A stretch of DNA of 64,000 nt. Origin: an uncultured Bacteroides sp. Lineage in GTDB: Bacteria; Bacteroidota; Bacteroidia; Bacteroidales; UBA932. Under the pieces are notes generated by a model. That model saw only the letters and a list, made by a program, of their open reading frames with translations, ran no database searches and was not told the origin of the DNA. Numbering within the stretch: the stretch's first letter is position 1; every line of letters begins with the position of its first letter. Made by a program: the position numbers and the translations under genes. The stretch is taken from contig CAMCGB010000002.1 of assembly GCA_945874355.1 (NCBI GenBank), forward strand, positions 137,475 through 201,474. Direction: 5' to 3'. Shown here in pieces: positions 24,291 through 32,930 of this stretch.

Positions 24291-25649
24291 ATGAAGGCTA
24301 AGTATTTAAGCATTATGTGCTTGGCGTCAGCTTTGCTAGCGGCGTCCTGCACAAAAGATGAAAGCGATCAGGCAAAACTGGTCATCTCCGAAGTGAGCGT
24401 CGAAGCAAACAGCGTGACATTCACCCTGAGCCACGAGGGGCTGGGCAGCTGCGCCTACCTCCTCACTCCTGCAGGGTCCTCCAGCACCCTTTCCGATGCC
24501 GAAACCGTACTTAAAGAAGGCACGGCCATCGATGCGGCAAGCCTTGCCGAACCCTCTTCCACCCACACAGCCGTAGGCCTCGAGTTCAAGACGGACTATG
24601 TGCTCTCGGTCGCAGCCAGCTCGGCATCGGGCAACAGAATTGTCAGGGCATATTTCACCTCGGCCGAAGACCCTCATCCTTCAACCTACCTCGACGGCCC
24701 GGCCAACTGCTACATCGTATCAAAGGCCGGAACCTACAGCTTCCCGGCTAAAAAAGTGAGTGGAGAGCAGATTGAAGGCATCGCAAAAGTTGACTGGCTC
24801 TGGACCACGAAGTCCACTTCAGCAACCGAGCAAGCTTACCTGAGCGACATCACCTACGAATACGGCAGGGTGCGTTTCACCGCTTCGGGAAAGAAAGGTA
24901 ACGCCCTTATCGCCGCATTCGATGAAGACGGAAAGATTGTCTGGAGCTGGCATATCTGGATGACCGACACTCCCAAAACCGTCACCCATCCCGGCGGAGC
25001 AGTGTTTATGGACAGAAGCCTCGGACAGTGGAGCGCCGAGAAATATGACGGGGACGACCCGACTGTGCTCTATTATCAGTGGGGAAGAAAAGACCCCATC
25101 TTCGCAGGAGCAAGACCTGAACCCTCGAAGTACATCTTCTATTATGCAAAGTCAGGCACCAGCATCAATCCCGATTATACTTATACCTGGGCCTTCGAAG
25201 ACAAGCCTGCAAGCGTAGAGATGGCTACCGCCGAGCCTATGCATATGTTCCACGCCGAGAGGCACGACTGGACAGCAGCGGCAAACGATGCTCTGTGGGC
25301 AGAGACTAAGACCGATTACGACCCCTGCCCCGCAGGATACAGGGTGCCCAGCGAAGCTGAACTGTCTGACCTGAAGAGCGTAAAGGCCTCAGCCTTTGAC
25401 GATTGGGACGGCGGCTTCGAGTTTTCGGGAGCCTGGTGGCCAGGCGTTGGCGACAGGAACTGCGTCAGCGGAGCCCTGGAGCTGAACCAGTGCGTATTCA
25501 GCTGGAGCTGCAACGCCCGCGTGTCAGACAACGACAGCAGTCTCCATTACGGAAGGAGACTGTGCGCATCGGTAGATCAGCTGTATGCCGACATCATCGA
25601 CGGCAACAAGGGCTTTGCTCATCCGGTGCGTTGCGTGAAGGAGAAATAA
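24291..25649 (+). CDS. lipoprotein with a C-terminal CP.GYR.P...RCV module (FISUMP-like)
   Basis: Lipobox LLAASC. C-terminal DPCPAGYRVPSEAELSDL...HPVRCVKEK resembles the C-terminal module of the two pilus tip proteins. Confidence 0.6.
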   Translation: MKAKYLSIMCLASALLAASCTKDESDQAKLVISEVSVEANSVTFTLSHEGLGSCAYLLTPAGSSSTLSDAETVLKEGTAIDAASLAEPSSTHTAVGLEFKTDYVLSVAASSASGNRIVRAYFTSAEDPHPSTYLDGPANCYIVSKAGTYSFPAKKVSGEQIEGIAKVDWLWTTKSTSATEQAYLSDITYEYGRVRFTASGKKGNALIAAFDEDGKIVWSWHIWMTDTPKTVTHPGGAVFMDRSLGQWSAEKYDGDDPTVLYYQWGRKDPIFAGARPEPSKYIFYYAKSGTSINPDYTYTWAFEDKPASVEMATAEPMHMFHAERHDWTAAANDALWAETKTDYDPCPAGYRVPSEAELSDLKSVKASAFDDWDGGFEFSGAWWPGVGDRNCVSGALELNQCVFSWSCNARVSDNDSSLHYGRRLCASVDQLYADIIDGNKGFAHPVRCVKEK

Positions 25650-26060
25650 TTACTTATCAGTCAGGGCGATAAGGCGGGGGTACAAGTCCGCGAACCGCTC
25701 TTCGATGCAGGCAGGGCGTCCATTGTCGAAAAAGCAGTGGACGCTCTCTGCTTTACATACCAGCTTATCATCCACATACATCAGGTAGCCGAAAGTGAGC
25801 TTTACTGCGCTGATGTTCTTGGTATATACTTCAATGCGGATTTCGTCGCGGAAAGTGGTAGGCTTGCGGTACTCCACGCTCACACTCACCACTGGGGAGC
25901 TGATGCCCTCCGCCTCCATCCTCTCGAAACCGTAGCCGTACTCGTCCAGAAGCTCAATCCTGGCCTCTTCCATAAAACGTATGTAGTTCGAATGATGGGT
26001 GATTCCCATCCTGTCACATTCGTAATAATTGACTTTGCGCTTGAATGTAAAAGTGTTCAT
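25650..26060 (-). CDS. acyl-CoA thioesterase, 4HBT/YbgC-like hotdog fold
   Basis: N-terminal VNYYECDRMGITHHSNYIRFMEEAR is typical of YbgC-type thioesterases. Size is 136 aa. Confidence 0.7.
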   Translation of the reverse strand: MNTFTFKRKVNYYECDRMGITHHSNYIRFMEEARIELLDEYGYGFERMEAEGISSPVVSVSVEYRKPTTFRDEIRIEVYTKNISAVKLTFGYLMYVDDKLVCKAESVHCFFDNGRPACIEERFADLYPRLIALTDK

Positions 26061-26109
26061 CTTTTCCAGTTTTGAGCAGCAAAGATACTAATGATTTTTC
26101 AAAATAGTC

Positions 26110-27783
26110 CTAAAATACCCAACGATACTGCACGTTCAGAGCCCAAAATGCTTCTTTGTTCACCCGGCTCCAGGGGTATTGGCGAGTCTCCAGGCGGAAG
26201 TAAAGCTTATGGTGCCAGTTGAAATCATATACAGCATAAACCGAACTGTTCCAGCCTCTTAAGTAATATGCTACGACTGAAAAAGAGGGTGGGGCGTTGC
26301 GCTCATAGACATAAATCCTGTCGTCCCAGGAATCTATGCAGAATGCTCCCAGTCTGAGGTACACCGAAGCCTTGCTACCTTTCCTGCTGCCCTCGATGTA
26401 GCCAAGGCCTCCCAGGCCCTTGTTCAGGACTCCCTCCAGCCTTGAGCGCAGTTCGAAGGTCCCAGGTTTTAAGGCTCCTTCAGCCCTAAGGTTCAGATAG
26501 GGGCGCGAAGGGGCCTCAGATGATTTGTATTTGAGCCGGGCGCGAAGCTTGAGTTCGCTGCTCTCGCCTTCAAGGTTCAGACCGCCAAGAGCCTCTGCGT
26601 TCAGACTTCCCAGTGCCTGGTCATAATTGCATTCGAGGCCGGCCTGAACCATGTTGGACTGGAAAATTGCGCTCACGCCCGAATACTTGAATGTCTGTAG
26701 TTTGCTGTCCGGGTGGATGTAGCGTGCCTGAAAAGCGAAGTTCTTTCCGTAAGAAGGGACCCATAGCAGCGAAACGGCGGCATTGAAGGAGCCCGCTCCG
26801 CCGCCCTTGTAGAGTTGGGCGTCGCTACCGAGCAGGGAAGGGTAGAGAAAAGATGCTTCGCCCAGGATACTGAATGACTTAAGACATATTCTCCAGTCCA
26901 GAGAAGATCCTTTGTCCGTTATGGTCAGCCCTAAAGTGCTTCGCCTCGAGAGGACCTCGGCGTGCAGGGTGAAGTCTTTGGACAAGGGACTGCAGGAAGC
27001 CCCTATGGCAAGCGGGCCGCGCTCCCATTCAAGGGCTACGCCGCAAAGCGAAGCGGCCGAGGAGGAAGTTTCGCTAAGTCCCGAAGAGCTTGGAAACAAA
27101 GAACTTACAGCGCTTAAGGAGCTGATTCGCATCCCGCTCCAGCTGTTCAGACCCAAAGCGTAGCGGGCGCTGTAATGCCCGGCGATTACTTTAAGGCCGC
27201 TTACCCTTCGGGGAGAATAGCGAAGGCTGATTGTCCCGGGGAAAGGCTCGCTCTTGGCGCTGAAACTCTTGCTTCGGGTCCAGAAAAGCGAGCCTCTGCT
27301 GCCCCAGTCCAGCGAAAGACGCTGGGAGTCAGAGTATTTGCCGTCGCCGCGAACTCCGGCCTTAAGCTGGATTTTGCCGGAGAGCCTGTCCTGCGGCCCG
27401 CCGGCAGAGTCGGCCTCGAGTCCCAGGGTAGTGAACCTTTTCAGGCATTGCGCCAGAGTCTCATTGAAGCCGTCCACTAATGCAAGCTCTTCGTAAGAGC
27501 GGACAGATCCGCAGCGGGCAATATAGTCGCGAAGGCTTACTGCCTGATAATGAGTCATCAGACAGCTCGCTTCCAGCTGGCGGACAGTTGCGGTGTTGAG
27601 GTTCAGCGGCCTTTGCTCGAGCTTTTCGAGCCTTTCGAGGAACTCTTCGTCCAGCTCTTCCTCGCCGGAAGCCGAAGAGATGACAAGTGCGCAACGGACA
27701 AGGTCGTCGCCGGGAGCTGAACTGAGCTCGGGAGAGAAAAACAGGCCCAGAACAAGGGCCACAAAGAGATTCTGTGTCTTCAT
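26110..27783 (-). CDS. secreted helix-hairpin-helix (ComEA-like) domain protein fused to a predicted outer-membrane beta-barrel
   Basis: Signal peptide. LNLNTATVRQLEA HhH motif. Long Ser/Gly/Tyr-rich alternating region. The C-terminus YRWVF has the terminal aromatic residue typical of OMPs. Confidence 0.5.
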   Translation of the reverse strand: MKTQNLFVALVLGLFFSPELSSAPGDDLVRCALVISSASGEEELDEEFLERLEKLEQRPLNLNTATVRQLEASCLMTHYQAVSLRDYIARCGSVRSYEELALVDGFNETLAQCLKRFTTLGLEADSAGGPQDRLSGKIQLKAGVRGDGKYSDSQRLSLDWGSRGSLFWTRSKSFSAKSEPFPGTISLRYSPRRVSGLKVIAGHYSARYALGLNSWSGMRISSLSAVSSLFPSSSGLSETSSSAASLCGVALEWERGPLAIGASCSPLSKDFTLHAEVLSRRSTLGLTITDKGSSLDWRICLKSFSILGEASFLYPSLLGSDAQLYKGGGAGSFNAAVSLLWVPSYGKNFAFQARYIHPDSKLQTFKYSGVSAIFQSNMVQAGLECNYDQALGSLNAEALGGLNLEGESSELKLRARLKYKSSEAPSRPYLNLRAEGALKPGTFELRSRLEGVLNKGLGGLGYIEGSRKGSKASVYLRLGAFCIDSWDDRIYVYERNAPPSFSVVAYYLRGWNSSVYAVYDFNWHHKLYFRLETRQYPWSRVNKEAFWALNVQYRWVF

Positions 27784-27849
27784 AGCATAAGTTTAGGCCT
27801 CAAAAATAAAAAAATCTTCGTAAATTAGCGCGGCCAAAAAACGGATATA

Positions 27850-28386
27850 ATGATAAAGATTCACGACAAAGTCTTCAAGCCCTTCATCAGCCACGACAGG
27901 ATTCTTGAAGCGATTAGCGGAGTGGCAGAGAGGGTCAACGCGGATTTCCGTGATTGTGAGGATGTTCCCATTGTGCTCTGCGTTCTCAACGGTTCCATTC
28001 CCTTTACGGGCGAGCTTCTGACCAGGCTGGAATTCAACTGCGAGCTCGTTTCCATCAAGATGTCTTCATACCAGGGCACCAAGTCCACGGGCACTGTTCT
28101 GAATATGATGGGGCTGACCGCCGACGTGCGCGGAAGGAGGGTGATAATTTGCGAGGACATAGTCGATACGGGCAATACTATCGTGGCCCTCAAGGAGCTG
28201 CTTCTCGACAAGGGAGCCACCGACGTGAAAATCTGCACTATGCTTTTCAAGCCCGAGGTCTATAAGAAAGACGTGAGGCTGGACTATGTCGGAATGGCTA
28301 TCCCCAACGCTTTCATCGTCGGATTCGGTCTAGATTACGATGAGCTGGGAAGGAATCTGAGGGATATATATGTGATTGACGAATAA
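27850..28386 (+). CDS. hpt: hypoxanthine phosphoribosyltransferase
   Basis: PRPP-binding motif VIICEDIVDTGNT, 178 aa, and FIVGFGLDY near the C-terminus. Confidence 0.9.
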   Translation: MIKIHDKVFKPFISHDRILEAISGVAERVNADFRDCEDVPIVLCVLNGSIPFTGELLTRLEFNCELVSIKMSSYQGTKSTGTVLNMMGLTADVRGRRVIICEDIVDTGNTIVALKELLLDKGATDVKICTMLFKPEVYKKDVRLDYVGMAIPNAFIVGFGLDYDELGRNLRDIYVIDE

Positions 28387-28404
28387 TACTTTACACCAAG
28401 CAAT

Positions 28405-28983
28405 ATGAAGTACTACATTCTTTTCGGCCCTCCGGGGGCAGGCAAAGGCACGCACGCAAGCGCCATAGCAAAGAAGTACAATCTGAAGCACATTTCGACC
28501 GGCGAACTGCTCAGAGCTGAAATCGCAGCCGGCAGTGAGCTCGGAAAGCAGGCCAAGGCCCTGATAGATGCCGGATCACTGGTGCCCGACACAGTAGTTG
28601 AGGGGATGATCGAGTCGGCCTTCGATACTATCAAGGGGGTTGACGGTTTTCTTCTGGACGGCTTCCCGAGGAATCTCCAGCAGGCGGCAGACCTTGACAA
28701 AATGCTCGCCGGCAGGGGAGAGAGCCTCAAGGCGGTGATTTCGATTATGATTTCGGACGATGCCATACGTCGCCGCATTGCTCATCGCGCTGCTATCGAA
28801 GGCAGGGCTGATGATGCCAATGACGCTACCATTACCAACAGAATCAAGACTTATCATGCTCAGACTGAGCCTCTTATTGATTATTATAAGGCTCAGGGCA
28901 AGTATTTTGAGTGTGACGGGGACAACGGTACGCTTGAGGATAATCAGGCCCGTGTGCTCGCGCTTGTCGAGAGTATTGGCTAG
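28405..28983 (+). CDS. adk: adenylate kinase
   Basis: P-loop GPPGAGKGT, ISTGELLR and LLDGFPR motifs. Confidence 0.9.
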   Translation: MKYYILFGPPGAGKGTHASAIAKKYNLKHISTGELLRAEIAAGSELGKQAKALIDAGSLVPDTVVEGMIESAFDTIKGVDGFLLDGFPRNLQQAADLDKMLAGRGESLKAVISIMISDDAIRRRIAHRAAIEGRADDANDATITNRIKTYHAQTEPLIDYYKAQGKYFECDGDNGTLEDNQARVLALVESIG

Positions 28984-29018
28984 TCTTTTCGAAGGCTGGG
29001 CTTCGTCCCTTACAAAAT

Positions 29019-29047
29019 ATCCCCGGTAGCTGTGTGCCTCCGGGGAT
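29019..29047 (+). terminator. candidate intrinsic terminator after adk
   Basis: atccccgg/ccggggat forms an 8-bp stem with a 13-nt loop, followed by tgttgtgt. A partial copy of the dispersed repeat (agatttctccacgcgg, 29058..29073) follows. Confidence 0.4.
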
Positions 29048-29082
29048 TGTTGTGTCTAGATTTCTCCACGCGGCGGGAGGGG

Positions 29083-30084
29083 TCAGCCGAGGATAGAGTC
29101 GATCTTCTGAAGCTCCTCAGGGCTGAAATGAGTGTTATTCAGCGCCTTAAGATTGTCCTCCAGCTGGCTTACAGAGCTCGCACCGATAATGACCGAAGTC
29201 ACCAGATCGTCCTTCAGATCCCAGGCGAGAGCCATCTGGGCAAGACTCTGCCCGCGATCCTGCGCCATCTGATTGAGTGCGCGAATCTTCCCGAGAGTCT
29301 CCTCAGTGATGGTATTGCTCTTCAGCGACGCATTCCTTGCCGCTCTCGAATCGGTAGGAATACCGTCCAGGTACCTCGAAGTCAAAAGTCCCTGGGCAAG
29401 AGGGGAGAAAGCTATGAACCCGGTTCCGTTCTCCTTAGCCTGAACCAGCTGCCCGGTAGTCTCCGGAAGACGCACCATCATAGAGTACTTCACCTGGTGC
29501 AGAATGCAATGGACATCGTGGTCCTCAAGATACTTGAAAGCCTTTCCGGCCACTTCGGCGGGATAATTTGAAATGCCGGCATACAGTGCCTTTCCGCTGC
29601 GCACGATATCCACCAGCGCCTGCATAGTCTCTTCCAGCGGAGTCTCGGGGTCATAGCGGTGGCTGTAGAACACATCCACATAGTCGAGTTTCATCCTCTT
29701 GAGGCTCTGCTCGAGGCTGGCAAACAGGTACTTGCGCGAACCCCAGTTGCCGTAGGGCCCCGGCCACATATCGTAGCCGGCCTTGCTGGAGATGAACAGC
29801 TCATCCCTGTAAGGCCTCAGGTCCTGCTCCATCACCTGGCCGAAAGTGTACTCGGCCGAACCGTAGCGGGGCCCGTAATTGTTGGCCAGGTCAAAGTGGG
29901 TGATGCCGCTGTCGAAAGCCTTGCGGAGGATCTCGCGGCTGCGGCTCAGGGGAGCCACATCGCCGAAGTTCTGCCACAGTCCCAGCGAAATGGCCGGAAG
30001 CAGGACTCCGCTCCTGCCGCACCTGCGGTACTGCATCTTGCCGTCATAGCGGCTGTCGTCTGCGCGATAAATGTTTTCTGTCAT
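29083..30084 (-). CDS. aldo/keto reductase, YghZ-like (L-glyceraldehyde 3-phosphate reductase type)
   Basis: N-terminal MQYRRCGRSGVLLPAISLGLWQNFG closely parallels E. coli YghZ. AKR motifs occur throughout. Confidence 0.8.
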   Translation of the reverse strand: MTENIYRADDSRYDGKMQYRRCGRSGVLLPAISLGLWQNFGDVAPLSRSREILRKAFDSGITHFDLANNYGPRYGSAEYTFGQVMEQDLRPYRDELFISSKAGYDMWPGPYGNWGSRKYLFASLEQSLKRMKLDYVDVFYSHRYDPETPLEETMQALVDIVRSGKALYAGISNYPAEVAGKAFKYLEDHDVHCILHQVKYSMMVRLPETTGQLVQAKENGTGFIAFSPLAQGLLTSRYLDGIPTDSRAARNASLKSNTITEETLGKIRALNQMAQDRGQSLAQMALAWDLKDDLVTSVIIGASSVSQLEDNLKALNNTHFSPEELQKIDSILG

Positions 30085-30107
30085 AGTGGTAAAGTGTTAT
30101 GTATTAG

Positions 30108-31388
30108 TTATATCCATTCTTCTATAGAATCCTTGAACTCAACTCTTTCTCCCCTCACCGGGTGGGTGAATTCCAGGCTTTCGGCGTGCAGGAAGAGTCT
30201 CCATCCATCCGGGCTCCCGTAAAGCTTGTCTCCTTTTATCGGGCGTCCAAGCCCTTGGGGATGAGCCGCATGGACCCTGAGCTGATGAGTGCGTCCCGTC
30301 TGGGGAAAGAAACGTATGTCAATCTCCGAATCGGGCAGGACCGATATCACTTCATAGCGGGTGACAGCCAGCTTGCCGTGCTCACAGTCAACCATCTGCC
30401 TCGGCCGCTCGTAGTAGTCGGGGCAAAGGGGAAGGGCTATCGTACCTCGCGAAGCCTTGGTGAACGGCAGGGGAGAGGCGCTGAGACGAGCCCTGTAGCT
30501 CTTCTTTACTTCGCCGTTTGCAAACTGCTGCTGCAGAACGACTTTCGAATGCATATTCCGGGCGAAAACCATCAGTCCCGAAGTGTCCATATCCAGTCTG
30601 TGGCAGGAATGGACTTCGCCGTAGCCGCACTCTAAAATATCAACAAGGGAGTCCCTATTGCTCCTTCCCGGAACCGAGAGCATCCCCGAGGGCTTGTTGA
30701 CTACGATAATATCGTCGTCGCAATACAGCACTTTAGGCTCATCGAAACAGAACTCGCTGTCCAGAGGGTTCGGCTCCACTTCGAGCCCCTGCATCATCCA
30801 GCTCAGAAGCGGCCCGCATTTGCCTGTGCAGGAAGGGTAAAAGCGCCCCTTCTCGTGCACCTGCCTTGTATCAGCTTCGCCATACCAGAACTCTCCCATA
30901 GCGATGGGATGAAGCGCGTGCTCATAAGCGTACTGGAGCAGCTTTGGAGCGGCGCATTCTCCTGTGCCTGAGGGAGGTACGAGCCCGCGAAGAGCAAAGA
31001 TATCCTTTATGCTGAGTCTCTGTCCGAGAGCGTTCGACACTATATAGTTCGAGAAAAGATAGTCCTGCAACTCCCTTGAAGCCTGGGCTTTCTGCTCCCC
31101 AGAAGGCATTTTCGAAATCTCCTTTTCCCGCCTGCGGTAATAGCCTTCCGGATGGCCATAGTCAAAAATCGGCCCCACAAAGCCTTCCACTTCGCTCCTT
31201 CCTCCGGCAAGCCCGCTGAAAGCATATAGAAAGCCCCGGTCGGTCTGAAGCACACCCATCATTTTGCCTTCGCCGAAGATGCTCCTGAGCTCATCTGAAG
31301 CATCGATGCGCTCAATCAGGGCCGCCGCGGCACGGCGGATATCCTCCGAAGGAGTGTATCTGAAGGGGTAGGTGAAGGCCCTGGACAT
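30108..31388 (-). CDS. RluA-family pseudouridine synthase with an uncharacterized ~210-aa N-terminal domain
   Basis: Catalytic motif HRLDMDTSGLMVFA and C-terminal THQLRVH. The N-terminal half carries GECAAPKLL and SCTGKCGPLL Cys motifs. Confidence 0.75.
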   Translation of the reverse strand: MSRAFTYPFRYTPSEDIRRAAAALIERIDASDELRSIFGEGKMMGVLQTDRGFLYAFSGLAGGRSEVEGFVGPIFDYGHPEGYYRRREKEISKMPSGEQKAQASRELQDYLFSNYIVSNALGQRLSIKDIFALRGLVPPSGTGECAAPKLLQYAYEHALHPIAMGEFWYGEADTRQVHEKGRFYPSCTGKCGPLLSWMMQGLEVEPNPLDSEFCFDEPKVLYCDDDIIVVNKPSGMLSVPGRSNRDSLVDILECGYGEVHSCHRLDMDTSGLMVFARNMHSKVVLQQQFANGEVKKSYRARLSASPLPFTKASRGTIALPLCPDYYERPRQMVDCEHGKLAVTRYEVISVLPDSEIDIRFFPQTGRTHQLRVHAAHPQGLGRPIKGDKLYGSPDGWRLFLHAESLEFTHPVRGERVEFKDSIEEWI

Positions 31389-31391
31389 ACT

Positions 31392-31991
31392 CTAAAACTC
31401 CAGCAGTTCCCTGTAAAGCCTGTTGACAGGAAGGCCCATTACATTATAATATGAGCCTTCAATACCCTTGATGCCCACATATCCTATCCACTCCTGGATG
31501 CCGTAGGCTCCTGCCTTGTCGAAGGGGCGGAACTTATCTACATAGTATTCTATGGTGCTGTCATTCAGCTCGTTGAACTCCACTTTTGTGGTGACGCTGA
31601 AGCTCTTCATCTTCTTAGAACTGCGAAGGCTCACTGCCGTTACCACCTCGTGGACCCTGCCTGAAAGCAGGTGCAGCATAGCTATGGCGTCCTCCTTGTC
31701 CCTTGGCTTGCCCAGCACCTTGCCATCGATTATCACTACCGTGTCTGCGGTGATCAGCACTTCGTCTTTTTCCAGAGGACGGTGAAAGCCCAGAGACTTC
31801 CCTTCGCTCATTTTCAGGGGGAGCGAGTATGCGTCGCCTCCCTCGAAAGGACTCTCCTCGAAACTGCTCCTGGCGTCGAGCTCAAACTCCAATCCCAGAC
31901 CGGCGAGCAGTTCGCGCCTCCTGGGGGAGTTGCTCCCGAGAATCAGCCTCCGGTCTTTATCAATAAATGGTATCATACTTGTCCTCGTCAA
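31392..31991 (-). CDS. maf: Maf-family nucleoside triphosphate pyrophosphatase
   Basis: LILGSNSPRRRELL, DTVV and AGAYGIQ motifs. Confidence 0.85.
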   Translation of the reverse strand: MTRTSMIPFIDKDRRLILGSNSPRRRELLAGLGLEFELDARSSFEESPFEGGDAYSLPLKMSEGKSLGFHRPLEKDEVLITADTVVIIDGKVLGKPRDKEDAIAMLHLLSGRVHEVVTAVSLRSSKKMKSFSVTTKVEFNELNDSTIEYYVDKFRPFDKAGAYGIQEWIGYVGIKGIEGSYYNVMGLPVNRLYRELLEF

Positions 31992-32496
31992 AGAACCATT
32001 TGCCCTGGGCCTTGAGTATCATTTCGATACCTTCCCTCAGGCAGCCCCTTCCTCCGGGACGGGTGCTGACGTAATCAGCAGCCTGCTTAGCCTCCTCGAC
32101 AGCATCGGCCGGTGCGATCCCCAGTCCGCAGGCACGCAGCACCTGGGTGTCGGGAATGTCGTCTCCGAAATATGCAACCTCGTCTGCCTGCAGGCCGTTA
32201 TTCTCGCAGAACTCCTTGAATGTCTTGAGCTTGCCTCTGGTGCCAAGGTAAACGTTTTCGGGTTTTGCGCCCATGTGGCGGCATCTGCTCTCCAGGGCCT
32301 TGGTGTCTCCGCCCGAGATGACTCCCACGATGAAGCCCTTGGCTGCGGCAGCCCTCGAGGCAAACGAATCCTTCGCGTCCACTATTCTTACCAGGTCGTC
32401 GGGGTTGGGGCCGATGGGGATTATCCTTCCGTCGGTCAGCACTCCGTCTATGTCATAGACTATAGCCTTGATCTTCTTGAGCCTGTTTTCCATCAT
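31960..32496 (-). CDS. kdsC: KDO 8-phosphate phosphatase (HAD-IIIA)
   Basis: DIDGVLTDG HAD motif I, size 178 aa and GDD motif. Confidence 0.75.
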   Translation of the reverse strand: MMENRLKKIKAIVYDIDGVLTDGRIIPIGPNPDDLVRIVDAKDSFASRAAAAKGFIVGVISGGDTKALESRCRHMGAKPENVYLGTRGKLKTFKEFCENNGLQADEVAYFGDDIPDTQVLRACGLGIAPADAVEEAKQAADYVSTRPGGRGCLREGIEMILKAQGKWFFDEDKYDTIY

Positions 32497-32819
32497 GATT
32501 TCGTTCCGTTGGGGTTAAGGTCTGACAGATTGAAAGTTGCGCCTTGGTTTGACGGAGAGTTCTGCAGCTCTATGGTCCCGAACTGGGCCTCGTACTTGCT
32601 CACATTGTCGGCCAGGGCTCCAAGCAGCCTCTTGCAGTGCTCCGGGGCCATAATTATGCGGCTCTGCACCTGTGCACCGGGGAGCCCGGGAAGCATGGCG
32701 GCAAAATCGATGATGAATTCAGTCTTGGAGTGGGAGATGACGGCGAGGTTGGAGTAGGTCCCGGCCGCAACATCCGGCTTAACTTCCAGCCGGCCTATAG
32801 GGTTCTTTTCTTTATCCAT
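32493..32819 (-). CDS. DUF3467-like small protein
   Basis: YSNLAVISHSKTEFIIDF block. Conserved small protein coupled by ATGA overlap to kdsC. Confidence 0.5.
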   Translation of the reverse strand: MDKEKNPIGRLEVKPDVAAGTYSNLAVISHSKTEFIIDFAAMLPGLPGAQVQSRIIMAPEHCKRLLGALADNVSKYEAQFGTIELQNSPSNQGATFNLSDLNPNGTKS

Positions 32820-32887
32820 AGCGTGGTCAATATTTCCAAATCATACAAAAGTAGCACTTTAATCTTGAAAAAGAGAAATTCTGTACG

Positions 32888-32895
32888 TAAATTTG
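32888..32895 (+). promoter_or_regulatory. -7 box TAAATTTG upstream of valS
   Basis: Matches TAnnTTTG and lies 35 nt upstream of the ATG at 32931. Confidence 0.4.
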
Positions 32896-32930
32896 TAGCT
32901 TGTTCATTAAGAAACTTTTTTAATTACGAT

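Noticed and set aside
32637-32930. N-terminal extensions proposed by the ORF track: valS from 32637, queA from GTG 42175, the acyltransferase from 43380, AbiEi from TTG 21288, the DUF3990-like gene from TTG 61663, parB from 58181 and tatC from GTG 35791.
   Set aside because: The extensions overlap upstream genes or promoters and have no homology-like sequence. Internal ATGs give the canonical N-termini (MELDIKYSP, MIPVIHIEDY, MSKIQRGLGRG, MSFWDHLEELR) and sit just downstream of TAnnTTTG boxes.
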